Assembly: GCF_965641715.1 (NCBI RefSeq)
Contig: NZ_OZ282453.1
Reading direction: 5' to 3' (one strand)
Length of the DNA stretch: 64,000 nt
From: Escherichia coli
GTDB taxonomy: Bacteria; Pseudomonadota; Gammaproteobacteria; Enterobacterales; Enterobacteriaceae
A program made the position numbers and the translations under genes. Position 1 is the stretch's first letter; each line of letters starts with the position of its first letter. Positions 1 through 10,180 of this stretch are shown one piece after another. A model generated the notes under the pieces. It saw only the letters and a list, made by a program, of their open reading frames with translations, did no database searches and had not been told where the DNA came from.

Positions 1-1022
1 GCATTATTCTCGGCGGCGATCATCTGGGGCCAAACTGCTGGCAGCAAGAAAATGCGGATGCGGCGATGGAAAAATCCGTCGAGCTGGTAAAGGCATATGT
101 TCGTGCTGGCTTCAGTAAAATTCATCTTGATGCGTCAATGTCCTGCGCGGGGGATCCCATACCGTTAGCACCAGAAACGGTTGCGGAACGAGCTGCTGTG
201 CTTTGCTTTGCTGCGGAAAGTGTGGCGACAGATTGCCAGCGTGAGCAACTGAGCTATGTCATTGGCACCGAAGTTCCGGTTCCGGGCGGTGAGGCCAGCG
301 CCATTCAGTCAGTACACATCACCCATGTTGAAGATGCCGCCAATACTTTACGTACGCATCAAAAGGCCTTTATTGCCCGTGGGCTGACAGAGGCGTTAAC
401 ACGTGTGATTGCCATCGTGGTGCAGCCGGGTGTGGAATTTGATCACAGCAATATTATCCATTATCAGCCGCAGGAAGCGCAGGCGCTGGCGCAATGGATA
501 GAAAACACCCGAATGGTTTATGAAGCACATTCTACCGATTACCAGACCCGGACGGCTTATTGGGAATTAGTCCGCGATCACTTTGCAATATTGAAAGTCG
601 GTCCCGCATTAACCTTTGCTTTACGCGAGGCGATATTTGCACTGGCACAAATTGAGCAGGAACTTATCGCCCCCGAAAATCGCAGCGGTTGCCTGGCGGT
701 AATTGAAGAAGTGATGCTCGACGAACCGCAATACTGGAAAAAATATTATCGCACGGGTTTTAACGATTCATTACTGGATATTCGTTACAGCCTGTCGGAT
801 CGTATTCGTTATTACTGGCCGCATAGTCGGATTAAAAATAGCGTTGAAACGATGATGGTGAATCTGGAAGGCGTGGACATCCCACTGGGCATGATTAGTC
901 AGTATCTTCCTAAACAATTTGAACGCATTCAGTCCGGGGAATTATCAGCAATACCGCATCAGCTGATTATGGATAAAATTTATGATGTTTTGCGCGCTTA
1001 TCGCTACGGCTGTGCGGAATAA
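1..1022 (+). CDS. gatZ: Tagatose-bisphosphate aldolase non-catalytic subunit GatZ, 5' end truncated by window edge (reading frame open from position 3)
   Basis: ORF translation matches remembered GatZ C-terminal region; followed by gatABCD in canonical order. Confidence 0.9.
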   Translation, partial: IILGGDHLGPNCWQQENADAAMEKSVELVKAYVRAGFSKIHLDASMSCAGDPIPLAPETVAERAAVLCFAAESVATDCQREQLSYVIGTEVPVPGGEASAIQSVHITHVEDAANTLRTHQKAFIARGLTEALTRVIAIVVQPGVEFDHSNIIHYQPQEAQALAQWIENTRMVYEAHSTDYQTRTAYWELVRDHFAILKVGPALTFALREAIFALAQIEQELIAPENRSGCLAVIEEVMLDEPQYWKKYYRTGFNDSLLDIRYSLSDRIRYYWPHSRIKNSVETMMVNLEGVDIPLGMISQYLPKQFERIQSGELSAIPHQLIMDKIYDVLRAYRYGCAE

Positions 1023-1031
1023 GGACGGTAT

Positions 1032-1484
1032 ATGACTAACCTGTTTGTTCGTAGCGGAATTTCTTTTGTCGATCGTAGCGAAGTTTTAACCCATATCGGT
1101 AATGAGATGCTCGCCAAAGGTGTGGTTCATGATACCTGGCCACAGGCATTAATTGCCAGAGAAGCAGAATTCCCTACCGGGATAATGCTTGAGCAGCACG
1201 CCATTGCAATACCGCATTGTGAGGCGATTCATGCTAAGTCGTCAGCCATTTATCTGTTAAGGCCAACAAATAAAGTTCATTTTCAGCAAGCGGATGATGA
1301 TAACGACGTGGCGGTATCGTTGGTTATTGCGTTGATTGTGGAAAATCCGCAGCAGCAATTGAAACTTTTACGCTGTTTATTTGGCAAGTTACAACAGCCC
1401 GATATCGTCGAGACACTAATCACTCTTCCTGAAACTCAGTTAAAGGAATACTTCACAAAGTATGTTTTAGATTCAGACGAATAA
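1032..1484 (+). CDS. gatA: Galactitol PTS enzyme IIA
   Basis: 150-aa ORF, size and position in gat operon. Confidence 0.9.
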   Translation: MTNLFVRSGISFVDRSEVLTHIGNEMLAKGVVHDTWPQALIAREAEFPTGIMLEQHAIAIPHCEAIHAKSSAIYLLRPTNKVHFQQADDDNDVAVSLVIALIVENPQQQLKLLRCLFGKLQQPDIVETLITLPETQLKEYFTKYVLDSDE

Positions 1485-1514
1485 ATCCCTCTGTAACAAT
1501 AAAAAGGACTATTT

Positions 1515-1799
1515 ATGAAACGCAAGATTATTGTCGCTTGCGGAGGCGCGGTTGCGACCTCTACGATGGCGGCGGAAGAAATTAAAGAGTTGTGTCAGAG
1601 TCATAATATTCCTGTTGAATTAATCCAGTGTCGGGTTAATGAAATAGAAACCTATATGGATGGCGTGCATTTGATATGCACCACTGCCAGGGTGGATCGT
1701 AGTTTTGGCGATATTCCGTTAGTTCACGGCATGCCTTTTGTTTCTGGTGTCGGTATCGAAGCATTACAAAATAAAATTCTGGCTATCTTACAGGGGTGA
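1515..1799 (+). CDS. gatB: Galactitol PTS enzyme IIB
   Basis: 94-aa ORF, conserved Cys near N-terminus, operon position. Confidence 0.9.
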   Translation: MKRKIIVACGGAVATSTMAAEEIKELCQSHNIPVELIQCRVNEIETYMDGVHLICTTARVDRSFGDIPLVHGMPFVSGVGIEALQNKILAILQG

Positions 1800-1802
1800 C
1801 CT

Positions 1803-3158
1803 ATGTTTTCAGAAGTCATGCGTTATATTCTCGATCTCGGCCCTACGGTGATGTTGCCGATTGTCATCATTATTTTTTCTAAAATTTTAGGCATGAAGGC
1901 AGGCGATTGCTTTAAAGCGGGTCTGCATATCGGGATTGGCTTTGTTGGCATTGGCCTTGTGATTGGCTTAATGCTGGATTCCATTGGTCCGGCGGCGAAA
2001 GCGATGGCGGAAAATTTCGACCTGAATCTGCATGTGGTCGATGTCGGCTGGCCGGGCTCTTCACCAATGACCTGGGCGTCGCAAATTGCGCTGGTGGCGA
2101 TTCCGATTGCGATTCTGGTTAACGTGGCGATGTTACTGACCCGTATGACGCGGGTGGTAAATGTTGATATCTGGAATATCTGGCATATGACCTTCACCGG
2201 CGCGTTGCTGCATCTGGCAACCGGTTCATGGATGATAGGGATGGCAGGTGTGGTAATTCACGCGGCGTTTGTTTATAAGCTCGGCGACTGGTTTGCCCGC
2301 GATACCCGAAATTTCTTTGAGCTGGAAGGCATTGCAATCCCGCACGGTACGTCGGCGTATATGGGGCCAATTGCGGTGCTGGTCGATGCTATCATCGAGA
2401 AAATCCCAGGCGTTAACCGAATTAAATTTAGCGCCGACGATATTCAGCGCAAATTTGGTCCGTTTGGCGAGCCTGTCACCGTGGGTTTTGTGATGGGGCT
2501 GATTATCGGCATCCTCGCGGATTACGATGTCAAAGGTGTATTGCAGCTGGCGGTAAAAACGGCGGCAGTTATGCTGCTGATGCCACGGGTGATTAAACCC
2601 ATCATGGATGGTTTAACGCCCATCGCTAAGCAGGCCCGTAGTCGTTTACAGGCGAAGTTCGGCGGTCAGGAGTTCCTGATTGGCCTGGATCCCGCATTAC
2701 TGCTGGGGCATACGGCGGTGGTATCGGCAAGCCTGATTTTTATTCCACTCACCATTTTAATTGCTGTTTGTGTGCCGGGTAATCAGGTGCTGCCGTTTGG
2801 CGATCTTGCCACTATCGGCTTCTTTGTGGCGATGGCGGTCGCGGTGCATCGTGGAAATCTGTTCCGCACCTTAATCTCGGGTGTCATCATTATGAGCATC
2901 ACCCTGTGGATCGCGACGCAAACTATTGGTTTGCACACCCAACTGGCGGCTAATGCTGGGGCGTTAAAAGCCGGAGGTATGGTGGCTTCAATGGATCAGG
3001 GCGGTTCTCCCATTACCTGGTTACTGATTCAGGTTTTCTCCCCGCAAAATATTCCCGGTTTCATTATTATCGGCGCAATTTATCTTACCGGTATTTTCAT
3101 GACCTGGCGTAGAGCGCGTGGTTTTATTAAACAAGAGAAAGCCGTTCTCGCAGAATAA
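1803..3158 (+). CDS. gatC: Galactitol PTS enzyme IIC permease
   Basis: 451-aa highly hydrophobic ORF, operon position. Confidence 0.9.
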   Translation: MFSEVMRYILDLGPTVMLPIVIIIFSKILGMKAGDCFKAGLHIGIGFVGIGLVIGLMLDSIGPAAKAMAENFDLNLHVVDVGWPGSSPMTWASQIALVAIPIAILVNVAMLLTRMTRVVNVDIWNIWHMTFTGALLHLATGSWMIGMAGVVIHAAFVYKLGDWFARDTRNFFELEGIAIPHGTSAYMGPIAVLVDAIIEKIPGVNRIKFSADDIQRKFGPFGEPVTVGFVMGLIIGILADYDVKGVLQLAVKTAAVMLLMPRVIKPIMDGLTPIAKQARSRLQAKFGGQEFLIGLDPALLLGHTAVVSASLIFIPLTILIAVCVPGNQVLPFGDLATIGFFVAMAVAVHRGNLFRTLISGVIIMSITLWIATQTIGLHTQLAANAGALKAGGMVASMDQGGSPITWLLIQVFSPQNIPGFIIIGAIYLTGIFMTWRRARGFIKQEKAVLAE

Positions 3159-3205
3159 TTTTTACCTGAGGGGGAGGTTATCCCCCTTAACAATCAGGAG
3201 TTTTT

Positions 3206-4246
3206 ATGAAATCAGTGGTGAATGATACTGATGGTATCGTGCGCGTTGCAGAAAGCGTCATTCCTGAAATTAAACATCAGGATGAGGTGCGGGTAAAAAT
3301 TGCCAGCTCGGGCTTATGTGGTTCCGATTTACCCAGGATATTTAAAAATGGTGCACATTATTATCCAATAACGTTAGGCCATGAATTTAGCGGCTATATT
3401 GATGCGGTAGGATCCGGTGTTGATGATTTACACCCTGGCGATGCGGTTGCCTGTGTGCCGTTATTACCCTGTTTTACTTGTCCAGAGTGTCTGAAAGGGT
3501 TTTATTCCCAGTGCGCAAAATATGATTTTATTGGCTCACGGCGTGATGGTGGATTTGCCGAATATATTGTCGTTAAGCGAAACAATGTCTTTGCACTACC
3601 TGCGGATATGCCTATTGAGGATGGGGCTTTTATTGAACCGATTACCGTTGGCCTGCATGCTTTTCATTTAGCGCAAGGTTGTGAGAATAAAAACGTTATT
3701 ATTATTGGTGCCGGAACCATTGGCCTGCTGGCCATTCAGTGCGCTGTCGCGCTGGGAGCAAAGAGTGTGACGGCGATCGACATTAGCTCAGAAAAACTGG
3801 CACTGGCAAAATCTTTCGGTGCGATGCAAACATTTAACAGTAGCGAAATGAGCGCGCCGCAAATGCAGGGCGTTTTACGCGAGCTGCGCTTTAATCAGCT
3901 TATCCTCGAGACGGCTGGCGTACCGCAAACTGTGGAACTGGCGGTAGAGATTGCCGGTCCTCATGCCCAACTGGCGCTGGTGGGGACGTTGCATCAGGAT
4001 CTGCATTTAACATCGGCAACGTTTGGCAAAATATTGCGTAAAGAGCTGACGGTTATCGGCAGTTGGATGAACTACTCCAGCCCTTGGCCTGGGCAGGAGT
4101 GGGAAACGGCGAGCCGGTTGCTGACAGAACGTAAGTTAAGCCTGGAGCCATTAATCGCTCACCGTGGAAGCTTTGAATGCTTCGCCCAGGCGGTGCGTGA
4201 CATCGCTCGTAATGCTATGCCGGGCAAAGTGTTGCTCATTCCCTGA
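3206..4246 (+). CDS. gatD: Galactitol-1-phosphate 5-dehydrogenase (Zn-dependent MDR family)
   Basis: 346-aa ORF with zinc-ADH Cys/His pattern and GxGxxG Rossmann motif. Confidence 0.9.
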   Translation: MKSVVNDTDGIVRVAESVIPEIKHQDEVRVKIASSGLCGSDLPRIFKNGAHYYPITLGHEFSGYIDAVGSGVDDLHPGDAVACVPLLPCFTCPECLKGFYSQCAKYDFIGSRRDGGFAEYIVVKRNNVFALPADMPIEDGAFIEPITVGLHAFHLAQGCENKNVIIIGAGTIGLLAIQCAVALGAKSVTAIDISSEKLALAKSFGAMQTFNSSEMSAPQMQGVLRELRFNQLILETAGVPQTVELAVEIAGPHAQLALVGTLHQDLHLTSATFGKILRKELTVIGSWMNYSSPWPGQEWETASRLLTERKLSLEPLIAHRGSFECFAQAVRDIARNAMPGKVLLIP

Positions 4247-4251
4247 AACCG

Positions 4252-4274
4252 CGGGCCAGCGTGATGCTGGCCCG
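4252..4274. terminator. Stable hairpin (9-bp stem cgggccagc/gctggcccg) between gatD and gatR; possible terminator or attenuator
   Basis: Inverted repeat read directly; no strong T-tract follows. Confidence 0.3.
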
Positions 4275-4345
4275 GTATTGTGCAAAACAGATCATTCACC
4301 AATGGTCCCCCTTCGTTTACACTAGCCACAATTGAATATGGGTAA

Positions 4346-5125
4346 ATGACGATGAATTCATTCGAGCGAAGGAATAAGATCATCCAATTAGTGAATGAAC
4401 AGGGAACCGTGCTTGTTCAGGATCTGGCGGGAGTATTTGCTGCCTCGGAAGCGACAATCCGTGCCGATTTGCGCTTTCTCGAACAAAAAGGCGTGGTTAC
4501 GCGCTTTCATGGCGGTGCGGCGAAAATAATGTCCGGTAATAGTGAAACCGAGACCCAGGAAGTCGGGTTTAAAGAGCGATTTCAGCTCGCCAGCGCGCCA
4601 AAAAACAGAATAGCGCAGGCGGCAGTCAAAATGATCCACGAAGGGATGACCGTTATTCTCGACAGCGGAAGTACGACAATGCTTATCGCCGAAGGATTAA
4701 TGACCGCCAAAAATATCACGGTGATTACCAACAGTCTCCCGGCAGCGTTTGCCCTTTCCGAAAATAAAGACATTACTCTGGTCGTCTGCGGTGGCACGGT
4801 CCGCCATAAAACGCGCTCGATGCATGGTTCCATTGCCGAGCGTTCATTGCAGGATATTAATGCCGATTTAATGTTTGTCGGTGCTGATGGTATTGATGCG
4901 GTTAATGGTATTACGACCTTTAATGAAGGTTATTCGATTAGCGGGGCGATGGTCACCGCCGCTAATAAAGTGATTGCCGTTCTCGATTCATCGAAATTTA
5001 ACCGTCGCGGTTTTAATCAGGTACTGCCAATCGAAAAAATCGACATTATTATTACCGACGATGCTGTGTCAGAGGTGGATAAACTGGCATTGCAGAAGAC
5101 ACGGGTGAAATTAATTACGGTGTAG
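4346..5125 (+). CDS. gatR: DeoR-family repressor of the gat operon, intact
   Basis: 259-aa uninterrupted ORF with N-terminal HTH and C-terminal sugar-binding region. Confidence 0.85.
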   Translation: MTMNSFERRNKIIQLVNEQGTVLVQDLAGVFAASEATIRADLRFLEQKGVVTRFHGGAAKIMSGNSETETQEVGFKERFQLASAPKNRIAQAAVKMIHEGMTVILDSGSTTMLIAEGLMTAKNITVITNSLPAAFALSENKDITLVVCGGTVRHKTRSMHGSIAERSLQDINADLMFVGADGIDAVNGITTFNEGYSISGAMVTAANKVIAVLDSSKFNRRGFNQVLPIEKIDIIITDDAVSEVDKLALQKTRVKLITV

Positions 5126-5206
5126 TATTGTTCTGTATGCCGGATAAGGTATTTACACCGCATCCGGCATTACGGATTCTCCCTGGTTCAAGAGAGAATA
5201 GTTTGA

Positions 5207-6106
5207 TTAACGCAATAATGGACAATCTGGTGGTAATCGACAACGCAACGCCGCCGGAAGTATTTCAATATGGAAGTTTTGCCCACTCAACGGTTCGCCA
5301 TCAAGATTAAAAGTGATTTCGTGTGGGGCTTGTATATCAAACCACGACGAAGCGCCTTCGATAATATTCGGGTTATCTTCGTCAGATTTTAAGGTTGATA
5401 CGAGAGCCGGAAGAATTTCATCGCCGGTAAAAATGCGCAGTTGCAGCAAGCCATCGTTAATTAACGCGTTCGGACACAATTGCTGACCGCCACCGGCCTG
5501 ACGCCCGTTACCAATACCAATGACCAGGGCGTCACCTTGCCAGTGAAAGTTTTCACCGCGGATTTCACAACGGTCCGGTTGCAGAGTATCCATGCGCATT
5601 AAGCCATGAATGATGTAAGAGACGCCACCCAGCGCGGCTTTTAATTTTTCCGGCGTTTCTGTGGTAATACGTGTCCCAAACCCGCCTGTCGCCATATTAA
5701 TAAAACAGGTTTGTTTGTTGACCTGCGCCATATCTATCGCAATGGCGTTACCGGCAATTGCCAGTTTCAGCGCCTTATCCAGTGCCTCAGGAATCCCTAC
5801 ACTGGTGGCAAAATCATTGGCGGTTCCTAATGGCAAAATTCCCAGCGCGGGTATGTTATCCCCCTCACACTGAATCAACGCCGTAGAAACTTCATTAATG
5901 GTGCCATCGCCACCACCGGCAATCACCGTTGCGACGCCCAACTTCCGGGCCTCCTCTACATATCGTGCGGCATCGCCTTTCTCCCAGGTGACCCGCACAT
6001 GGATCGTCATTCCTTCCTCACGCAACAGCATAATTGCTTCGCGCAATGGTAAATTGTCAGTACTTTTGCCATTAAGAATCAGTAAGCTGGCGGGAAATTC
6101 TGCCAT
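5207..6106 (-). CDS. yegS: Lipid kinase YegS (diacylglycerol kinase-like fold)
   Basis: 299-aa ORF with GGDGT motif; position next to gatR as in K-12. Confidence 0.85.
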   Translation of the reverse strand: MAEFPASLLILNGKSTDNLPLREAIMLLREEGMTIHVRVTWEKGDAARYVEEARKLGVATVIAGGGDGTINEVSTALIQCEGDNIPALGILPLGTANDFATSVGIPEALDKALKLAIAGNAIAIDMAQVNKQTCFINMATGGFGTRITTETPEKLKAALGGVSYIIHGLMRMDTLQPDRCEIRGENFHWQGDALVIGIGNGRQAGGGQQLCPNALINDGLLQLRIFTGDEILPALVSTLKSDEDNPNIIEGASSWFDIQAPHEITFNLDGEPLSGQNFHIEILPAALRCRLPPDCPLLR

Positions 6107-6519
6107 GATCGTATGTGCCTTTATGATTGGTCTGTAGATAGTGTAGAGCAGAAAAGAAAAGGTGGAGTCAGAACAGGATGAAAGTCGGAGGATAAAAAGT
6201 CAGTTCAAGTATGGGGGATTCAGTGGTTACCACCAGGAGCTTGCAATGGGAACAGCGAATATTAACGGTAGCCACCGATAAATTTCAAAAAAGAGCATAT
6301 GCCTAATATTCAACCAAACAGTGGCATCTTAAATATACTATTCCAAATATATTAAAGCCCCCATGGAGTTACCCGGAAGGGCCTCCATGTCCGTAATTCC
6401 TACTTATGTAGGAAATGTTGTACAGAACATTTATTATAATCCTATTCAAATATAATAATCAGCCATTATTATATTTAAACACTAGAGAGTGTCGTTGGTA
6501 TTTAATGGGGAAAGGTGAG

Positions 6520-6837
6520 ATGAAAAAGATAGCTGCTATATCATTAATTAGTATTTTTATTATGTCTGGTTGTGCTGTGCATAATGATGAGACAAGTATC
6601 GGTAAATTTGGTCTTGCATATAAAAGTAATATTCAGCGTAAACTCGATAACCAATACTACACCGAAGCCGAAGCTTCTTTAGCCAGGGGCAGAATATCTG
6701 GTGCAGAAAATATAGTAAAAAATGATGCAGCCCATTTCTGTGTTACTCAGGGCAAAAAAATGCAGATAGTTGACCTGAAGACAGAAGGTGCAGGATTACA
6801 TGGCGTCGCTCGTCTGACATTCAAATGTGGAGAGTGA
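6520..6837 (+). CDS. yegR: Small lipoprotein YegR (105 aa)
   Basis: Start chosen at MKKIAAISLISIFIMSGC lipobox signal peptide preceded by aaaggtgag RBS; the longer ORF from 6415 is rejected. Confidence 0.7.
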   Translation: MKKIAAISLISIFIMSGCAVHNDETSIGKFGLAYKSNIQRKLDNQYYTEAEASLARGRISGAENIVKNDAAHFCVTQGKKMQIVDLKTEGAGLHGVARLTFKCGE

Positions 6838-6995
6838 GAATATTTTTTGGTAAGCGTCAAACATGCGCGTTCTGGTTGTGCTTAGCCGGAACCTGTGCGA
6901 GCACGATGCCAATAAGTGAAAGGCATCGTGCTATGAAGGGAGATTCTATCGATGTGGTCAATGGAAGACGGTGACCAGGGATAGGGCTTATGCAT

Positions 6996-7017
6996 AAAAA
7001 ATAAGCCCGTGTAAGGG
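6996..7017. repeat. attL core: 22-bp direct repeat aaaaaataagcccgtgtaaggg shared with attR
   Basis: Exact repeat found at 6996..7017 and 38957..38978; matches the P2 att core as I recall it. Confidence 0.7.
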
Positions 7018-7101
7018 CGTTTATATACCCTTACAACAGGGGCTTTCAGCGGTGCAATGCGGGTTTGCGCGGCACGCAAGACCACTGAAAGCCATAATAA
7101 A

Positions 7102-8115
7102 CTACCCTACTGTGGACACTGTGTGGACACTCTGAGAGCCAACACCACCACGTAGAGGATTAAGCGTTATCGCGTCCTGTAGGTACTCAGGGGCGAAGTG
7201 CGCATATGTCATTGTCTGCTCAATTCTTGAATGCCCAAGTATTCTCTGAAGCGTGATAATGTTGCCTCCGTTTATCATAAAGTGCGTGGCGAAGCTGTGC
7301 CGCAATGCGTGCGTAGCCTGACCCGGTGGTAGGTCGGGTTTCAGCTCCTTCATTAGCCGTCTGAACGCGGGATAGTTAGCATCAGTGAACAGATAGCCAC
7401 GCTTACCCGTTGTGATCATTGTTGCCAGTTCCTCGGATATAGGAACGGTTCGCGGCTTGTTGGTTTTTGTCTTAACGAAAGTGACGCGATTTTGAATGAT
7501 ATTTTCCGCTTTCAGTTTTGCTGCCTCACTCCATCTCGCGCCGGTGCTAAGGCAAAGAATCGCAATTTTTTTATTATCACCGTCCACTTTTGACAGCAGA
7601 AGCGCGATCTCCTCTTGCGTCAGGTAGCCGGTTTCTGGCTTATCCTCTTTGAGTCTTTTAAGACCTCGGAAAGGATGCTCCCCGAAAAATAGCTCCGCAT
7701 CTATCAACGCGGTAAACATCCCGCTAAGACACGTTAAATCACGATTTATACTCGATGGCTTGATGCCTTGAGAACGCCGCACAGTGCTGTATTGGCTTAT
7801 CAATGACTTAGTAATCTGAAAGGCACAAGGGTCACTGGTTATCTTTGTGAACAACTCTAACTTGCCCAGGTAATCTCGGCCGTGAGTTTCATACTTGCCT
7901 TTCAGCTCCCACCAGATTTTTGTTAGCTCTGACAGATGCCGCTTATCTGTCGGTTTCGCCAACCATTTTTTGTTGTGATGGTTGTACTGGGTATGCTTCT
8001 CGAAAGCGATAGCTTCGCTTTTCTTGTCAAATTTCCTGCGGATGCGCTTTCCGTTGCGCCCTGCAGGTCTAATGTCCACTTCATAACGACCATCATCGAG
8101 CTTTTTAACAGACAT
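7102..8115 (-). CDS. int: P2-type tyrosine integrase (337 aa)
   Basis: Near-identical to remembered P2 Int; start set at MSVKKLDDGRYEV; catalytic R..HxxR..Y region present. Confidence 0.9.
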   Translation of the reverse strand: MSVKKLDDGRYEVDIRPAGRNGKRIRRKFDKKSEAIAFEKHTQYNHHNKKWLAKPTDKRHLSELTKIWWELKGKYETHGRDYLGKLELFTKITSDPCAFQITKSLISQYSTVRRSQGIKPSSINRDLTCLSGMFTALIDAELFFGEHPFRGLKRLKEDKPETGYLTQEEIALLLSKVDGDNKKIAILCLSTGARWSEAAKLKAENIIQNRVTFVKTKTNKPRTVPISEELATMITTGKRGYLFTDANYPAFRRLMKELKPDLPPGQATHALRHSFATHFMINGGNIITLQRILGHSRIEQTMTYAHFAPEYLQDAITLNPLRGGVGSQSVHTVSTVG

Positions 8116-8211
8116 AAAGCCTCCCGATGATGTTACTGCGTACTTCAATTTCCTGATTTAAATAACAAAAACTCACCGTGCATTTACTGCACAGATAAGC
8201 ACCGTAAATGG

Positions 8212-8508
8212 TTAGCCAGTTTTCTGGTCTGAGTGGGGTGACGTTGTTGTCTGCTGCCCAAAGTGCGCGAGAGCCGGTGCAATCTGCCCAGCTTCTGGTG
8301 ATATCGTCTCAGTCATGAACCACATGGTATATTTTTTGAACTGTGGATGATTCAAAATCTTCATCACTGCTTGTATGCCCATATCTTTTACTCCCTTCTC
8401 ATAACTAGAAAGAGAGCTATACGGAACTCCAGTTAAGTCACTGAATTCTTTTCTATTCATACGTTCCGACTCACGCATGATGGCCAGCTTCTCGTTGACG
8501 GGTATCAT
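8212..8508 (-). CDS. P2 immunity repressor C (99 aa)
   Basis: Matches P2 C C-terminus (TPQFTKYTMWFMTE..SPHS.QKTG); start set at MIPVNEK. Confidence 0.8.
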   Translation of the reverse strand: MIPVNEKLAIMRESERMNRKEFSDLTGVPYSSLSSYEKGVKDMGIQAVMKILNHPQFKKYTMWFMTETISPEAGQIAPALAHFGQQTTTSPHSDQKTG

Positions 8509-8643
8509 CGTAATTAACACTCCACTATTGATAGAAAAACGATAACGGAGTAATCTTCGCTTCGTTACCGCAGATTTATGGCTCCAATATGGCAATTAAA
8601 AGCCATTAGGAGCAATTAAAACACTAACGAGGAATAGTCACAA
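8509..8643. promoter_or_regulatory. Divergent immunity switch region between C and cox (expected Pe/Pc promoters and operators)
   Basis: Position between divergent C and cox genes; inferred from P2 organisation, individual sites not mapped. Confidence 0.45.
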
Positions 8644-8919
8644 ATGAATAGGGTCATTGAGAGCGCGAGCGACGCGGTTCCGTATCAGGAGTTTGCGCGT
8701 CTTATTGGTAAAACCCCTGCTGCTGTCAAAGGGATGATTGAGAAAGGCAAACTACCGATAGTTGAGATGACTGATCCGCAGTCTACAAGTGGGAGAGCAG
8801 GGGAATACCGGGTATATCTGCCAGCATGGAACAAAGGCATGAAGATGGCCTATGACAGTCGCCCTAAAGAAATTCGTGATGGTTGGTTGATGTGGTTGGG
8901 ATTAGGTGAACCAGCATAA
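8644..8919 (+). CDS. cox: Cox excisionase / transcriptional regulator (91 aa)
   Basis: Strong similarity to remembered P2 Cox (PYQEFA.LIGK...GRAGEY.VYLPAWN...PKEIRDGWLMWLGLGEP). Confidence 0.85.
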   Translation: MNRVIESASDAVPYQEFARLIGKTPAAVKGMIEKGKLPIVEMTDPQSTSGRAGEYRVYLPAWNKGMKMAYDSRPKEIRDGWLMWLGLGEPA

Positions 8920-9100
8920 GGAGCCAGAAATGAAAGAGCCACGTTGTATAGCTCAGTTACTGCGTAACGAAAGTCCACGCCCGATGAAGTTCAACATCAC
9001 TCATGGTAAAGGGCGTAAAGGCATCATCATCCGCACTCGCAAGCCTGGATTTATTGCTATGGCTAAACGCTTTATGAAATCCCGAGGGATATCGTTATGA
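8906..9100 (+). CDS. Hypothetical early-operon protein (64 aa)
   Basis: ORF in early operon between cox and B; basic small protein. Confidence 0.4.
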   Translation: MNQHKEPEMKEPRCIAQLLRNESPRPMKFNITHGKGRKGIIIRTRKPGFIAMAKRFMKSRGISL

Positions 9101-9597
9101 CGGTTATGACTCTTGCATTAGTTCAAAAACAACCTGCAGCTCTACGCGTCGTTATAGGAAAGCATCTTGCGGAACCTCGCTGGCACGATACCTGTGATTT
9201 TTATAATCAGATGATGGAGCGTGACCGCTTGACTGTCTGTTTTCATGCTCGGTTAAAACAGCGTCACGCAGTAATGCGCTTTGAAGAAATGAATGATGTC
9301 GACCGCGAACGTCTGGCTTGTGCTATCGATGAGCTGCGCGCTGCTTTTTCAAAACGTCGTCAGGTTGGCGCAAGTGAATCTGCATATATTAGTTTTCTAA
9401 CGGTGGGTCAGCGCCGCTCTTTATTTCTACACGCGGGATTGAGTGAGGTCGAGTTCAATCAGCCTTACTGGCGCATTGACGAAGATGCTTGTTATTGGCG
9501 AGAGAAACTATTCCGCGCTTTGCGTGAGCTTTTTGGGTTATTTGAACACGCGCCAACGATATTAACCTCGGTAAAGCCTGAGCAGTATTTACATTAA
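9097..9597 (+). CDS. P2 gpB-like replication protein (166 aa)
   Basis: Size and position as P2 B, translationally coupled to neighbours. Confidence 0.7.
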   Translation: MTVMTLALVQKQPAALRVVIGKHLAEPRWHDTCDFYNQMMERDRLTVCFHARLKQRHAVMRFEEMNDVDRERLACAIDELRAAFSKRRQVGASESAYISFLTVGQRRSLFLHAGLSEVEFNQPYWRIDEDACYWREKLFRALRELFGLFEHAPTILTSVKPEQYLH

Positions 9598-9645
9598 TTA
9601 ATCTGGATTCGTTTTATTACACGCCTTACTGCGTGGGGATTCCTT

Positions 9646-9882
9646 TTGTCTGGAGATAGGCAAATGCATAAACAAAATAAAGTGCCGACGTGTGTGCTCT
9701 CGGTACATCTGGCGCAAGCGTTGCGCGATGCGCAGCTCGATACCGCGACCCGTTTATCCTCTCATTTTGATCGCCTAATTGCGCACATCAGTAAGTTAGA
9801 ACTCAACCGCACCGAGATCATCGAGCTATTGGGGCAAGAGTCCGAAAAATTGCACAACTCAATTTTTCATTGTGCTTGCTAA
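9646..9882 (+). CDS. Hypothetical early protein (P2 orf80-position)
   Basis: ORF only; position. Confidence 0.4.
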   Translation: MSGDRQMHKQNKVPTCVLSVHLAQALRDAQLDTATRLSSHFDRLIAHISKLELNRTEIIELLGQESEKLHNSIFHCAC

Positions 9883-9904
9883 TCAATTTTAGAAGGAGAC
9901 AAAA

Positions 9905-10180
9905 ATGAGTATCCGTATCGAGATAAATCATCAGTATGTAGTTACAAGCGATCGCTACCAGTTCATTTTGCAGGAAAAGAAAGTGGCGACTGCTGGAAAA
10001 AATAAAGGTAGCGAATGGCTTGATACTGTCGGGTATTACCCGACGATTCAAAAACTGATTTCTGGTCTGGTACTACATGACCTTTTAAATGGCGGTGCTG
10101 ATAGTTTTGCGGCGTTGGGTGAGCAGGTCGAGCAGTTGGGACTGCAATGTCAGACCGCGTTTTGTGCTGATGGCCGTTGA
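9905..10180 (+). CDS. Hypothetical early protein (P2 orf81/82-position)
   Basis: ORF only; position, RBS aaggagac upstream. Confidence 0.4.
   Translation: MSIRIEINHQYVVTSDRYQFILQEKKVATAGKNKGSEWLDTVGYYPTIQKLISGLVLHDLLNGGADSFAALGEQVEQLGLQCQTAFCADGR

Noticed and set aside
5128-5310. 60-aa plus-strand ORF after gatR
   Set aside because: Overlaps the 3' end of yegS on the opposite strand; no independent support
6415-6519. N-terminal extension of yegR to 140 aa
   Set aside because: Lipoprotein signal peptide and RBS support the internal start at 6520, and the resulting 105 aa matches the remembered YegR length
6882-7085. 67-aa minus-strand ORF next to the integrase
   Set aside because: Overlaps the attL repeat and the partial cyaR-derived sequence; no RBS; best explained as chance ORF in the att region
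10089-10169. Upstream extension of gpA ORF
   Set aside because: Alignment to remembered P2 A starts at MAVETRG (10170); extension overlaps the preceding gene and has no homology
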